A DNA stretch of 63,692 nt, filler included, from Octopus bimaculoides (GCF_001194135.2; 6 parts of 4 records of this genome joined end to end with filler, not necessarily neighbours in it); one strand, 5' to 3'; shown: positions 25,701-38,500, numbered from the whole stretch's first letter. Made by a program: numbers and translations. The notes: a model not told the origin generated them from the letters alone.

Positions 25701-26679
25701 GACATACATACATACATACAAGAGAAGTCCAATGATTTTCTCATCTGCCACACACCCCCAGTCACAAGACATTCTTCGACCTGGGCTATAGTAGAAAGCG
25801 TTCGGATTCTACTCGTAATCACGTCCTTGTGAAGTGAACTTAAATTACGTCATTTCTGTCCTATGGTAAATATCATTTGCCAGATGTGCCGTATCGTAGA
25901 GGGATTTCTTTTTTGAGTTGTGCAGTCACAAAACAATTCCTTAGACATACACGCATTGCTTTGTTTCGTTTAGAGCGCATATTACATAAAACATATTAGA
26001 AAAGAAAAGGGGACTATAATTTTGTCTAAGAAGCAATTATTGTCAGGTGTAATTACAAAGCGTGGCAATTTCCAATTTCTGTCATTCCAGGTAATACAGC
26101 CTTTGAACATTTTCAAAATAATAAAGACATCTTAATTTATTCGGCGCGATAATAGGATGCATACAGTAATTTGTTTGACATTTGGCACGGTGATATATTC
26201 ACGAAAGTTACGTTGCCCTTATTCAGTGAAAGAATAAGACATAAAATAAGGATTAATAATGCTCCTGATTTCCTGCTGCGAATGCTAATAATAAACTAAC
26301 AAAATAATGCAGAATTGACGATGACGAATGATGGAAAGAAGGAAAATAAACGGATGAGCAGAAATGTGTGTGTGCGCTGTGTGAGACTGTGCGTGCGTAT
26401 GTGTGTGTACGCGCGTGTATATGTATGTATGCTTCTATGCATATATGTATAAAATGCGTGTGTAGGTATATGTATGTGTGTTTGTGGATGGGTGGGTGTT
26501 AAGCTGATAGAGGAGAAAAACGGTTTTCTTGTAGAAATAGCATTAAGGAAAAAGCAAAAATAATATACGAATAGGGAAATATTACATTGATCAGAGGGGA
26601 TTAAAAACCGCCTTAAGTAAATAGAGCAATTTTTTTTTTGTTCATATGACATAACTGAATATTCTTTGTGACTTTTACC

Positions 26680-26739
<60 letters not shown>

Positions 26740-27019
26740 GCCAATATTTTCATCAGGTCAATATCATCATCATCATCATCATTGCCAATATTCTTTTCCA
26801 ATAAGAAAATTCTAACGCTATAGAACAAAGTGGATTACAGTATTAATTCCGGCGCTTTAAATTTTAAGTTCAAATTCCACCAAGGACAACTCGGAATTTC
26901 ATCAGGTAGAGGACGAGAAAATAATGTAACAGTCAAGTACTGGGTTCGATAGCATCGACTCGCACCTTCAATTCAAAATCTCTGGCCATAATCCGAAATC
27001 AGAAATAAAAGTCTATAAC

Positions 27020-27088
<69 letters not shown>

Positions 27089-27125
27089 CATCATCATCAT
27101 CATCATTATTATTATTATCATTATT

Positions 27126-27343
27126 AAGGCGACGAGCTGGCAGAAACGTTAGCACGCCGGGTGAAATGCATAGCAGTATTTCGTCTGTCTTTGCATTCTG
27201 AGTTCAAATTCCGCCCAGATCAACATTACCTTTCATCATTTCGAGGGTCGATAAATTAAGTACCAGTTGCGTACTGGGGTCGATCTAATCGACGGGCTTC
27301 CTCCTCCAAAATTCTTGGCCTTGTGCCTAGAGTAGAAAAGATT
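27126..27343 (+). mobile_element. SINE family A, near full length
   Basis: gagctggcagaaacgttagcacgccggg..ttctgagttcaaattcc..gtcgataaattaagtaccagtt..ggccttgtgcctagagtagaaaag. An older diverged relative lies at 26830-27005. Confidence 0.85.
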
Positions 27344-27503
27344 TTTTATTCTTCTTCTTTTAATTTGCATGTTTGTAACAGTCACTTGCCGAGACACCCA
27401 GTGCCCTGCGGCGAGTTAAGGATAAGAGATGTTACAGTATGACCGAAAGCTTCGGGAGGGGAAGTAGCAAAATACCTTCATGTAATACGATGCAGACATT
27501 CAA

Positions 27504-27589
<86 letters not shown>

Positions 27590-27679
27590 GGTTGTAGTTG
27601 TAGTTGTTGTTGTTGTTGTTATTATTATTATCATTATTATTATTGTTATTAGGATTGACGTAATTCTTCACAAAGATAA

Positions 27680-28500
27680 ACAGTCAAGACGAAGAGCGTC
27701 GTTCGATTGTAATAGAGGCGTTATATTCGGCATAGAAAATAAAACAACATTCTGCAAGTGGACAAACAAGGAAAAGAAAATTGATCAGGTACAAGTATCA
27801 AACTACTGATCTAGATCTATGAAGAACGCATGGGAGTCGTCCCTGATGTGATCAGCCTCCCAAATCGCTCACAGTTTTCCGTAGCAGGTGAAAGCAGAAC
27901 AGCCAAATGGCACATTTATGACCATACGAACCACTTAAGGGTGTTTTGCCTTGTGGAAAAAAATACAAATATTCTCTACCAAAACAACATCAGTATCGAA
28001 TCAGCATTAACAACGACACCATCATCAGTAGTGCCAAAAGCGGCAGAACTGAAAACAACAGCAGCAGCGCCTGAAGAAGCAGTAGGAGAATTTCACTCAA
28101 CATAGCAGCAAACACCAATATCACATCCGAGAAAAGCAAAAACATCGTCGACACCTTACAGCCAGGAGAAGCTTCATCCACTCCTGCACAAATGCCTAGA
28201 CATCCTCACTCACCATTGCCATGGATTTTTCCGACTGTAAAAACTCACCCAGCGAGAATTACAGCTTGAAAATATACATCAGAATGGATTCTTGTGGAAA
28301 GAGTGGTTAGATTGCACAGGGTCTGGTTCGGATCAAATTTTCAGGTGAAGAACAACTGTGACTACGTAATGAATTTGTGTGGAGGACCAGACTGAAAGGG
28401 CTGAAGACAAGCATTTTGCCCTTCGTTGAAGCCCAGCACAACTTTTTCAGGTTAATCATTGAAAGAAAAGTGAAGGTAGAAAGGTAAGTGCTGTGTCCCA
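27680..28500 (+). pseudogene. Decayed gag/ORF1-like sequence of a non-LTR element (tentative)
   Basis: Stop-interrupted frames with RGVIFGI.. and a T/A/S/P-rich linker. No diagnostic zinc knuckle retained. Confidence 0.3.
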
Positions 28501-28550
28501 GTAAATCTCTTGAAATATGGGTGAATGTTTCAGGCTGAGATAAAGAATTA

Positions 28551-28737
28551 TTAGCACGCCGGGCGAAATGGTTAGCAGTATTTCGTCCGTCTTCACGTTC
28601 TGAATTAAAATGCTGCCGAGATCGACTTTCATCCTTTCGAGGTCGATGAAATAAGTACCAGTTGAGTACTAGGGTCGATATAATCGACTAATTCCTTCCC
28701 CAAAAATTTCAAGACTTGTGCCTATAGTAGAAAGAAT
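28551..28737 (+). mobile_element. SINE family A, 5'-truncated
   Basis: Matches 27150-27343. Confidence 0.85.
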
Positions 28738-29184
28738 TTTTTTTCTACATTTATTGCTGTTGTCAGTGGTGGCGGTAGCCCTGCTTTGTGAATTGCATTG
28801 TTTCTTTTGGTGTTGTCGCTGTCATTGTGGCTCTGGCTATCTCCAGCACCAACGATGATTCTGTTGTCATTGTTGTTCTTTTTTTCTGTTGTTGTTCTTA
28901 TCCGTGTCATGACTCCCCTCTGTAGTCACGATGGCTCAGCTGTCGTCATTGTTGCTATTTTTAGAGTTGTTACCGTTGTTGTTCTTCTTTTTGATTTGTG
29001 TTCACCACCTTCCGTAGCTATAGAAACTGAAATGGCAGTTTCCATCCTGATAGTTTTCGTGCTAACCTGTGTGGGGGTAAGGTTCTGGAAGACAGGGGGT
29101 ATTTGGTAATGGGTATGGTTTGCTGTGTCGAGAATGTAGTAAGTTAAATAGGCCGACCAGTCATAATTGTGAACACGGTTAGGT

Positions 29185-29195
29185 ATTTCAACAAT

Positions 29196-29252
<57 letters not shown>

Positions 29253-29460
29253 GTTCAGTAGTTTTATTTTTATAACGTGCTTTCACTTCACTACCGAGCG
29301 CAGCTCTGTGCGCCTTGGGTATGTGCTGTGGTTTGCTGTGGTGCTCTTATGTTTACTGTATTGAAAGTGTTTTGCGTAGAATGTGTGCATTACCCAGTAG
29401 TGCAATTTTCTGTATGTTATATATATTTGTAAGTCCTGGTGTTTTTGTTATGTATTGGTC
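29185..29460 (-). mobile_element. R4/Dong-like RLE-LINE 3' end with (TAA)n tail
   Basis: Minus strand DQYITKTPGLTNIYNIQKIALLGNAHILRKTLSIQ*, then a short UTR and a (TAA)n run. Confidence 0.8.
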
Positions 29461-29869
29461 NNNNNNNNNNNNNNNNNNNNNNNNNNNNNNNNNNNNNNNN
29501 NNNNTTAATTAATTAANNNNNNNNNNNNNNNNNNNNNNNNNNNNNNNNNNNNNNNNNNNNTTACATATAAGCACGAACACATAAGTGCGTGCACACATAT
29601 GAGCGTGCACACATACGAGCTTGCACACACTCACATGCTCATACCAAACAGTTTCGAAACAACGCCAAAACAACGCCAGATCATATATTCAAAATAAATG
29701 GAAGTGGAGAGACAAGTTACTGAAGAGATTGCAAGAGTGCAATGAAATAATTTAACAAAAAACTATATAAATTAATAAAGGACTGAACCAGTGCGTGTGT
29801 TTATTACCGGCATAATGCCTCTCCCAAGGTTTAATTGTATATATATATATATATATATATCTAACTGTG

Positions 29870-29907
<38 letters not shown>

Positions 29908-29949
29908 CGTGTGTGTGTATCTTTTAATACAGTTCTATATTTAAGAAAT

Positions 29950-30760
29950 AAAGCCATCCATACAGTTCACAATGGAAAAAGAAAACGACAATCAGCTAGC
30001 ATTCTTGGATGTATTAATAAAACGCACCAAGTATGGATTCAGGACATCCGTATACCGCAAGCCGACCCTCATTGGACGATGCCTCAGCTTCAATTCCCAC
30101 CATCCATACAGTGTAAAGAGAGGAATTGCTCAGTGCCTCAAACATCGAGCAAAAAATATAAGTAGCGATCGTGATACCCACCATGAAGAAATGATCAAGC
30201 TCAGTAACAATCTATTAAGAAACAACTACCCCCAAGAACATACTATCCACTTCAATTATGAAGAAAAGAAAGGTTGAAACCAATAAACTGTCTCCGAAAA
30301 GATACAAAAGATATGCGGCCCATATGACATCAGGGCAGTATTCAAGAGTAATACAACACTTCGCAAATATCTCCTTTGAGTAAAACCACCAACAGAAGAG
30401 AATATGACCAAAAACTGCGTGTACTCCATCCCATGCAGCTGTGGTAGGTTATACAAAGGCAAAACATGCCATTCCCTCAAAATAAGGGTAGAGGAACATC
30501 GCAAAGCTGTGACATGAGGAGATATTGATAAATCGGGTATAGCTGACCATGTATGGAAAAATGGAGACCACCTCCCTCTGTGGGATGGATTTGAATAATA
30601 GACAGAGAACACCACTGGAAAATACAAAAACTAAAAGAAGCAGCACATATGCTAGGACACAACAACCTCCTAAGCAGACCGAGTGTAGATGTGAACAGCA
30701 TATGGGAACTGGTATTAAGGAAAGATAAGAAAATATTAGATTTATCAGACCTAAAATTCG
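29950..30760 (+). pseudogene. Penelope-like element, 5'-truncated: RT thumb region + GIY-YIG endonuclease
   Basis: FTMEKENDNQLAFLDVLI..TSVYRKPT..LSFNSHHP..RAKNI, then NCVYSIPCSCGRLYKGKT..RVEEHRK..KSGIADHVW. Several stops. Confidence 0.92.
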
Positions 30761-30777
30761 TTCCATAATTGCCCACG

Positions 30778-30855
30778 GGCATATGGCGTAGTGGTCAAGA
30801 GCGCAGGCTACTAACCCCAAGATTCCGAATTCGTTTCCAAGCAGTGACCTGACTC

Positions 30856-30901
<46 letters not shown>

Positions 30902-31030
30902 CTTCGAAAAATACCTTAGGAATGAGAACCTAAGTTTGAAATTTCCCTGATGAAGGCTGGAGGGTATATCAGCCGAAACGTGTTAACAACAAACAAGGTG
31001 AGGACAAATATCCGTCAATTGTAAATAACG
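30778..31030 (+). mobile_element. tRNA-headed SINE with internal (TAA)n and a hammerhead-like tail
   Basis: A box TGGCGTAGTGG 30784-30794, B-box-like gaattcgtttcc 30827-30838, (TAA)n 30857-30897, then CTGATGA-A-GGCTG..CAGCC-GAAAC 30947-30979. Confidence 0.75.
30947..30984 (+). ncRNA. Minimal type I hammerhead ribozyme core; stem I not formed in this copy
   Basis: CUGAUGA 30947-53, extra A, perfect 5-bp stem II GGCUG/CAGCC, GAAA 30975-78, then CGUGUU. Confidence 0.55.
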
Positions 31031-31344
31031 TGTATCTTTTAAATTTGTTTAAGGGAAACATTTTGAATATGCAAATAAAGCTCCTATTCCATTATGCCAG
31101 CCAAAATTTAAAGATGCTGATTGGTTAACCAGTTTTTGGGGGTTGCATCAAGTTGTACTGATATAATGTAGGATAAATATTTATATGGGCTGTTGAGTAA
31201 GAATTACTTGTTAATGGTAAGATTGCCTGAAATGCATCTATAATACTGTGTACTTTGATTAATATACCCACTCCATTAATAAATAGATGAGAGCATCTAC
31301 TTTCTAACTTATGATTTCTTAAAATACTATATATCATCACCATC

Positions 31345-31470
31345 ATCATCATTATTTAATGTCAGTTTTCCATGCTGGTATGGATTGGGTCATTTGACGG
31401 GAGCCGGTAAGGCTGGGGCCTACATCAGGCTCCATTGACTGCTTTTGACTGGTTTCTGTGGCTGGATGAT
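31345..31470 (-). mobile_element. RTE-LINE 3' tail fragment with (GAT)n end
   Basis: Reverse complement of the ccagcatggaaaa..ttaaa..gatgatgat tail. Similar tails at 36104-36330, 50571-50615 and (variant) 62280-62400. Confidence 0.75.
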
Positions 31471-31670
31471 ATTCCTAATACCATTATACCATGCAGACAC
31501 CACTCTTTTGTATGATGCCCATACAAGTTAAATGGTTAAATTCTTAAAGAGTGCACAAAGCATGTCCTTCTAATTACCAGAAGAAGTATTTAAATGGATC
31601 AATGACATTATTTTGCTTCTAGAAATAAATCTAGAGAAACATTCAATATGCCTGTGTGTATACATGTGTG

Positions 31671-31703
<33 letters not shown>

Positions 31704-31712
31704 TTACATATA

Positions 31713-32557
31713 CAGAGTGCTGTGAATGAATTGTCTAAATCAAACAAAAATGTAAATAACACTGACATCTCATTTTAACAGATATATTTACCAAAATTAC
31801 ATTAAAATATCTTGAAATACTAAAGAGTAAATTTATTCAATAAAGTCACCATTGGCCTCAACCATGGCCTCCAGATAAATTTGGAATCTCCTACAACTCT
31901 TCTGGTCGGTCTCCTTGTTTAGGTTGGTCAATGTTGCCATAATCCTTCAGTTCATCCTTGAGGTTACAAGGAGTTTTGGTTTCTCTCACATAATAATCAA
32001 GGAGGTTACAGTCTGGGGAGTTAGGTAGCCAGATGTTAGGGGGTGATGTGGTCACAGAAATTGCCTGACAGCCATGACTGGGTTCTCCTGCTTGTGTGGC
32101 ATGGTACAGAGTCCTGTTGCCAGACATAGGGTCTTCCAGCAGCCACCCTCTTGACTCAGAGGGACACTACCTCCTCCAGGCACTTGATGTAGGCCTCCAT
32201 GTTCAGTCTGAGGCCATGTGGGAGGATGAGTGTAGGCATAACGTTGCCATCACTAGTGATCACTCCAAACACCCTGATATTGACTGGATGTTTGATTTTT
32301 ATCACTCTCAGTACATGTCCTCAGATTGACACCCAAACACTCTGAAACGTTTGAATTGGATCTTCTGGTGTGAACACTAAGCAGTAGAGCATGTTGTTTT
32401 AACATTCCTGGCAGAGTGAATTGCATCATAGTGTTGTTTTCACAGACGGTGCCCAATTGACCCTACTATACAGTGTAGTCGACAAAACCAAAAATAAACA
32501 ATGCGCATATGTGAAATTAAAAGTATATAATGGCGACTATTTACCCATCGCACCCTG
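31713..32557 (-). mobile_element. maT-type (DD37D) transposon, internally deleted, both TIRs with TA target duplication
   Basis: Minus strand VFGVITSDGNVM..WQQDSVPCHTSRRTQSWL..WLPNSPDCNLLD (37 residues between the Asps). Degenerate TIRs TA|cagagtgctgtgaatgaattgtc and gactatttacccatcgcaccctg|TA. Confidence 0.85.
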
Positions 32558-32662
32558 TATACATACATGTGTATATGTGTGTGTGTGTGTGTGCATATAT
32601 CTGTGTATACACACCCACATACATATATATATGTATAATATATATTTATATATATTTAGCTT

Positions 32663-32693
<31 letters not shown>

Positions 32694-32752
32694 ATATATA
32701 TATGTGTGTGTGTGTGTAAATATACTATATGTACACGTACACACATACACAC

Positions 32753-32805
<53 letters not shown>

Positions 32806-32874
32806 TACATACACGCTCACATACATACATACATACATTCATACATACATACATACATACATACATGCATATAG

Positions 32875-33365
32875 GTCTATAGGAGTTGTATGAGAGCTAC
32901 AATGCTGTATGGAAATGAGACATGGTGTCTGAGGAGGAGAGAGAGATATGCCAATTTTGAGAAGGACTGAGAGAGAAATGTGTGGAGTGAAGCTGTTTGA
33001 TAAGAGGAGGACTGAGGACTTGGTGGGGATGCTGGGGTTGGGAGAATCGGTGGAATGGTTGGCAAGGGTGAATGGAGTGTAGTGGTATAGGGCATGTGTT
33101 GAGGAGGGGTGAGGAACATGTTCTGAAGTGGGGGATAGAGTTTGAGGTAAATGGACAGCGAAAGTGAGGTAGACCGAGGAAAATGTGGAGGGGACAGGTG
33201 GAAGAGGAGATTGGGAGGGTTGGCTTGAGAAGGGAGGATGGCCAAAACTGGGCAAGGTAGCAAGATGGTGGAAGGATGGTTGCTATGGCATTGAGGTAGA
33301 TCTGGCCACCCTTGTTAACAGGGACAAAACCCACATTCAAAATGATGGATGATGATGATGATGAT
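32875..33365 (+). mobile_element. RTE-clade LINE 3' fragment, second family
   Basis: YRSCMRATMLYGNETW..MCGVKLFDKR..WY(G)HVLRR..GRPRKMW, then a short UTR and (GAT)n. Confidence 0.85.
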
Positions 33366-33429
33366 ATGTATAATTATATGTTAAATAAAATGAGACAACA
33401 AAGTCAAGGCTATGTAATAATTATATATA

Positions 33430-33630
33430 TATCATTTGCCATGATAGATCGCTAACCACTACACACATTTTTTTTTTCTGTCCCTGTTTATTTCTGTGTT
33501 CCTTTCTGTTAAAGAGCGTAGGCTTGAAACGTTAAAAACTTTTTCACTTCCTGAGCGTTATACTAATACATCTGTTTGTTTTCTACACCACCTGTCTTCG
33601 TCTGTTGTTTTTTTTTGTGAATTCTCCCTA
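33430..33630 (+). mobile_element. PLE pseudo-LTR-like fragment with a mutated minimal hammerhead motif
   Basis: cttt-CTGTTAAA-GAGC-gtag-GCTT-GAAAC-GTT-aaaa (33502-33537). Stem II and the palindromic AACGTT are retained; the core is mutated from CUGANGA. Confidence 0.5.
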
Positions 33631-33649
33631 TACATACATACATATATAT

Positions 33650-34020
33650 ATTTGAAAGTTATATGAGAATTACTTAATACAGTTTTTGAAGTGTAAAGGT
33701 GAATTTTCTGAAAAAATTATCTTTTTAACAATGTTATGAAAATGAGGATATTACTAACCTGGGTTGATCAACATGTTGGAATGTAACTCCTTACTGGAAA
33801 TTCTCCCCTGATGAAATATCCAATTAACAGGTTCAATATGAAAATTTTAAATTAATCTAATTTAATCTAATTTCTCTAATTTAATTAACTGGATATGGAA
33901 ACGGCTGTAGGGATAATTTCATATTATATTGATTTGAATATCTTTGAATAAACTGATAGCTATACATCAGTTTCTTCATTTTTTTCTTTGTTCTCATTCA
34001 TAAATATTTCAAATACCAAT
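33650..34020 (+). mobile_element. About 370-bp non-coding element between (TA)n tracts carrying a hammerhead ribozyme
   Basis: Bounded by TA microsatellites, short inverted ends atgagaa/ttctcat, contains the HHR at 33797-33920. Confidence 0.55.
33797..33920 (+). ncRNA. Type I hammerhead ribozyme with extended stem II
   Basis: Stem I GAAATTCTCCC/GGGATAATTTC (10 of 11 pairs), CTGATGA 33808-14, stem II ATATCCA/TGGATAT, GAAA 33898-901, C-ggct-G stem III, GUA triplet 33907-09. A.G mismatch at the base of stem II. Confidence 0.75.
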
Positions 34021-34446
34021 AAAATATATATATATAATTATATGTAATATATATATTTATACATATATATGTGTGTGTGTGTGTGTGTTTATGTGTCTTT
34101 GTGACTGTGTATGTCCCCTACCATCACTTGACAACCGGTGTTGGTGTGTTCATGTCCCCATAACTTTGCAGTTCAATAAAAGAGACCGATAGAGTAAGTA
34201 CCAGGCTTTAAAAGAAAAAAAAGAAAGCTATAGGTTTTAATTCATTCAGCTAGAGTTCACTAAGTTGGTGCCCCAACAAGGCCTTGCACCAGCCATATAT
34301 ATATGTATGTATACATATGTGTAAGTATGAGAAATGATGATGATGATGATGATATTATAATACACAACAAATATATACATACATACACACACACACATAC
34401 ATCCATACATGCATACATCCATCCATGCATACATACATGTATGCAT

Positions 34447-34540
<94 letters not shown>

Positions 34541-37500
34541 ATATTATAACACCTTTTCCTACGATTTTTCTGCTTCATACTAAACATTGTTTCAACGGAT
34601 GGGATTTGAGTGAAGGTTTTCACTCAAATAGCAATTTTATTTGAGTGTGCTTTGTTGGTGTTGTTAATTTCCATTTCGACAATTTGCAAGTGAGGCTGAG
34701 GATATGTATGGATGTTTGTATGTGTATTGATGTGTATACAAGTGTGCATGCACATACATACATGCATAGATACATACATACATGCATAGATACATACATA
34801 CATAGCTTTAGTGAGATAAATAGTTAGAAATATTGATAGATACAGAGAATGTGTGACTGACAGAAAGAAAGAAAGAGGAAGAGAGTGAGGGAGAGGGAGA
34901 GAGTGGAAAAAGACAAGAGAAAGTGGCAGATAGCTAGATTGATAAATAGATAGATGCATAGATGGAGAGAGTCAGATATGTGCACATAGATACACACATA
35001 TGTATGTATACAGAGTCACATACATTAGCATGCACATGCTTACACACACACACACACACACGTACACACACAGTCCTGCTTAAGAAAATTTCTGTAATAC
35101 CTGCTTTTATAAACATGGCATGAGTCATCGGAAGAGCTTCTTAAGCTGTTCCAAGGAGCAACTAAGGAACCTACCAAGCTGTTTATTTTTGCCTTCTTTT
35201 TAATCATTTCTTCTTCTTCTTCTTCTCCTTCTTCTTCTCCTTCTTCTTCTTCTTCTTTTTCGCATTCCTCCTCCTCCTCCCCCTTCTCTCCCTCCTCTTC
35301 CTCCTTCTTCTCCCCACTCCCCCGTCCTCCTCCCTCCANNNNNNNNNNNNNNNNNNNNNNNNNNNNNNNNNNNNNNNNNNNNNNNNNNNNNNNNNNNNNN
35401 NNNNNNNNNNNNNNNNNNNNNNNNNNNNNNNNNNNNNNNNNNNNNNNNNNNNNNNNNNNNNNNNNNNNNNNNNNNNNNNNNNNNNNNNNNNNNNNNNNNN
35501 NNNNNNNNNNNNNNNNNNNNNNNNNNNNNNNNNNNNNNNNNNNNNNNNNNNNNNNNNNNNNNNNNNNNNNNNNNNNNNNNNNNNNNNNNNNNNNNNNNNN
35601 NNNNNNNNNNNNNNNNNNNNNNNNNNNNNNNNNNNNNNNNNNNNNNNNNNNNNNNNNNNNNNNNNNNNNNNNNNNNNNNNNNNNNNNNNNNNNNNNNNNN
35701 NNNNNNNNNNNNNNNNNNNNNNNNNNNNNNNNNNNNNNNNNNNNNNNNNNNNNNNNNNNNNNNNNNNNNNNNNNNNNNNNNNNNNNNNNNNNNNNNNNNN
35801 NNNNNNNNNNNNNNNNNNNNNNNNNNNNNNNNNNNNNNNNNNNNNNNNNNNNNNNNNNNNNNNNNNNNNNNNNNNNNNNNNNNNNNNNNNNNNNNNNNNN
35901 NNNNNNNNNNNNNNNNNNNNNNNNNNNNNNNNNNNNNNNNNNNNNNNNNNNNNNNNNNNNNNNNNNNNNNNNNNNNNNNNNNNNNNNNNNNNNNNNNNNN
36001 NNNNNNNNNNNNNNNNNNNNNNNNNNNNNNNNNNNNNNNNNNNNNNNNNNNNNNNNNNNNNNNNNNNNNNNNNNNNNNNNNNNNNNNNNNNNNCACCACC
36101 ACCATCATCATCATCATCATCATTTAACTTCTGTTTTCCCATGCTAGCATAGGTTGGACAATTTGACAGGATCCAGCAATTCACGGGGTTGCGTCGGATT
36201 CCAGTGTTTTTGCAGGATTTCTAAGACTGATTTGCACAGGAAAAGCACTCAATACCTACTGTAAAAGTGGGTACTGGGTGCTTTTCTTGTGCCACTGGCA
36301 CTTGTGGGGTCACCCAGTAGTTTGCAAGACAAGCAGTGGCACGTTACTAAGTTGGAGGTGCATTGGAGGGAGGGTGAGAGTGGCTTCATGCCAGGTGTTT
36401 GGGGGTGGGGTGTTGAAAATATGACAGAGGGACAAGTGCAGGTGACTTGCTCTACATGGCCACCCCATATGAGAGTGGCTGCGAGTAGCTGGGAAGAAGA
36501 TAAAGATTGTAGTGATGGAGGGTTAGAGGAAACTGTCAAGAAGCAAGAAGGGATATGGAAAGTAGATTAGGTGGGGATGAGGGGATTATATGAGTGGGAA
36601 GAGAGAGAGAGAGAGGGAGAGAGAGAAAGAAAGAGAGAGAGTAATAGATGACTTGAGATGGGTTTAGAGGTGAATGTAGTGAGTGATAAGTAAGGATGAA
36701 GTGTAACTTGAGAAATATGAATAAGGAGTGGGGGGTAAAGATGGGAGAGAAAGGAGTGATTGAAGGATGATAGATCAGAGTGTAGAGGATGACGAGCAAA
36801 ACATAGGAGAGCAGAGGGGAGAGAGTTTTAAGGGTACATAAGGGTGGCTATAGTGAGTGGAGTTGTGATGGCAGATATGAGACATATTAAAATGGAAAGA
36901 TTGATTAATTCTGTTGAAATTAACAAAAATTCCAGAAGTTGGTGAAAGATGTTGAAAGTCTTCTCAATAAGGCAGCTGAACAATTTCTTGTTGTAAAACC
37001 TAAACATGGTATTAATGCAATCATGCACCATTCTGGTGCTGACTGGCAACCATTCCCATCATACACTATTCAGCAGAAACAATACAAAAGTTAGCTACAA
37101 TTGCACAAAAAAGTATAAATCACGACAAAGATATATAAAAATATAAACAAACATTAATTTTAAGTGTCAGAACTTGACACTGAAAAATTTTTTAACCTCA
37201 AAATTAAATTGTTGTAATGAAAGAAGATTTTTTAATTAAATTAAAATGAAAATAATATTTAATAAAAAAAAAGTGATATTTAATAAAAAAATAAATCATA
37301 AAACAACGGAAAGCATTACAGTTTTGTGCTAGAGTGTGATCTCTCTAGTGAAGTGAACTGGCACGTTTGATAGATCCTTAGTCATGCAGTAATCATGTAT
37401 AAAGACCCACTTTAAGCTCTTTCTCGATGTTCGGTTATATGCTTAGAATTTGAAAATAAAATAACATCCATGTCAATCAACAGGAAACAGAAAATTATTT

Positions 37501-37879
37501 TACTATTTGTATTATTAGTGTTATTATCCATAGATTCAATACATTGTTAATGTGCAGCTTTGCACCAAAGTTGTTTTATCAGCATAGATTCACATTAAAT
37601 AGGTACATTTGTAAAGTATGATTATTACAGGTTTTGGGGCTTTGAATATAAGTGTTAATGGTGGAGTTTATTGCCTTAAAATACTTTTCTTAAGAATCTT
37701 TTAGGATTTGGTGGTTGTCCATTATTTTTCTGAAATTTGATGTTTGTTGTAAGATTGGAAGTTATCATTTGGCTGAATCTAAGATCTTATAGTTTCTAGG
37801 ATTATGAATGACTACAAATGGATATTTTTTCTTCTTTTTTTTTGCTTTCACCCTCTTAACAACATCAAAATATATGTAA

Positions 37880-38290
37880 GAAGAGGAAATAATGCAGGTA
37901 AGTGAATGTAAGACTTCATTGTGGGATGTATGAAATAAGTGAATACAACAAAACCAAAAAGATTTAAAAAAAAAAGAAAGTACTGAAGATCAATGCCAAT
38001 ATGAATTGTAGAACCAAAAATCTCATTTACTGTATCGCAGGCCCACAAATGCATGAAGGATGATATCAGCCAAACAAGACCAAAATTAATTCATCAGATT
38101 TGAATTGATAAGCAATAAATCAGATTCATCTCTAAGAACTGTTCCATGTTGGGAACACCTAACCATTTGTACAAATGGAATATTTGAAATATTTTATTTT
38201 ACCAAAATAAAGGAAAACAATGATGAACTACAGAAGGCAAAAGAATGAGTATTTTATAGGAATTCTAAAACTGAAACTTAATCAGAAATA
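37880..38290 (+). pseudogene. Old Penelope-like GIY-YIG endonuclease relic
   Basis: MNCRTKNLIYCIAGP-CMKDDISQTRPKL..FEIFYFTKIKENNDELQKAKE*VF matches the PLE NC.T.NVIY.I.C..C...YIGQT layout and its C-terminus. Confidence 0.65.
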
Positions 38291-38500
38291 ATTATCAACA
38301 TCATTACTAAAGGCAAGTCCGTCTCTACAGACTACCCTGGAACAACTCTGTCTGAAAAACTGTAAACGTTAAAAATAGTCACACAATACAAACACTTCTT
38401 CGGTTCTTTCCCAAAGTTCTGTGACATTCTCTTTTTTGAAAATTTTTGATTCAATTAATAATTTTTAACTTAAAAAAAAATCTTTCTTCATATATGTATG

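Noticed and set aside
28190-28430. Minus-strand gtgagt donors with upstream acceptors
   Set aside because: All frames contain stops and the region reads as antisense of a decayed retroelement ORF.
30778-30850. tRNA-like sequences (also 13480-13555, 57234-57310, 62538, 63490)
   Set aside because: A/B boxes are present but cloverleaves are broken and each continues into SINE body sequence; SINE heads, not tRNA genes.
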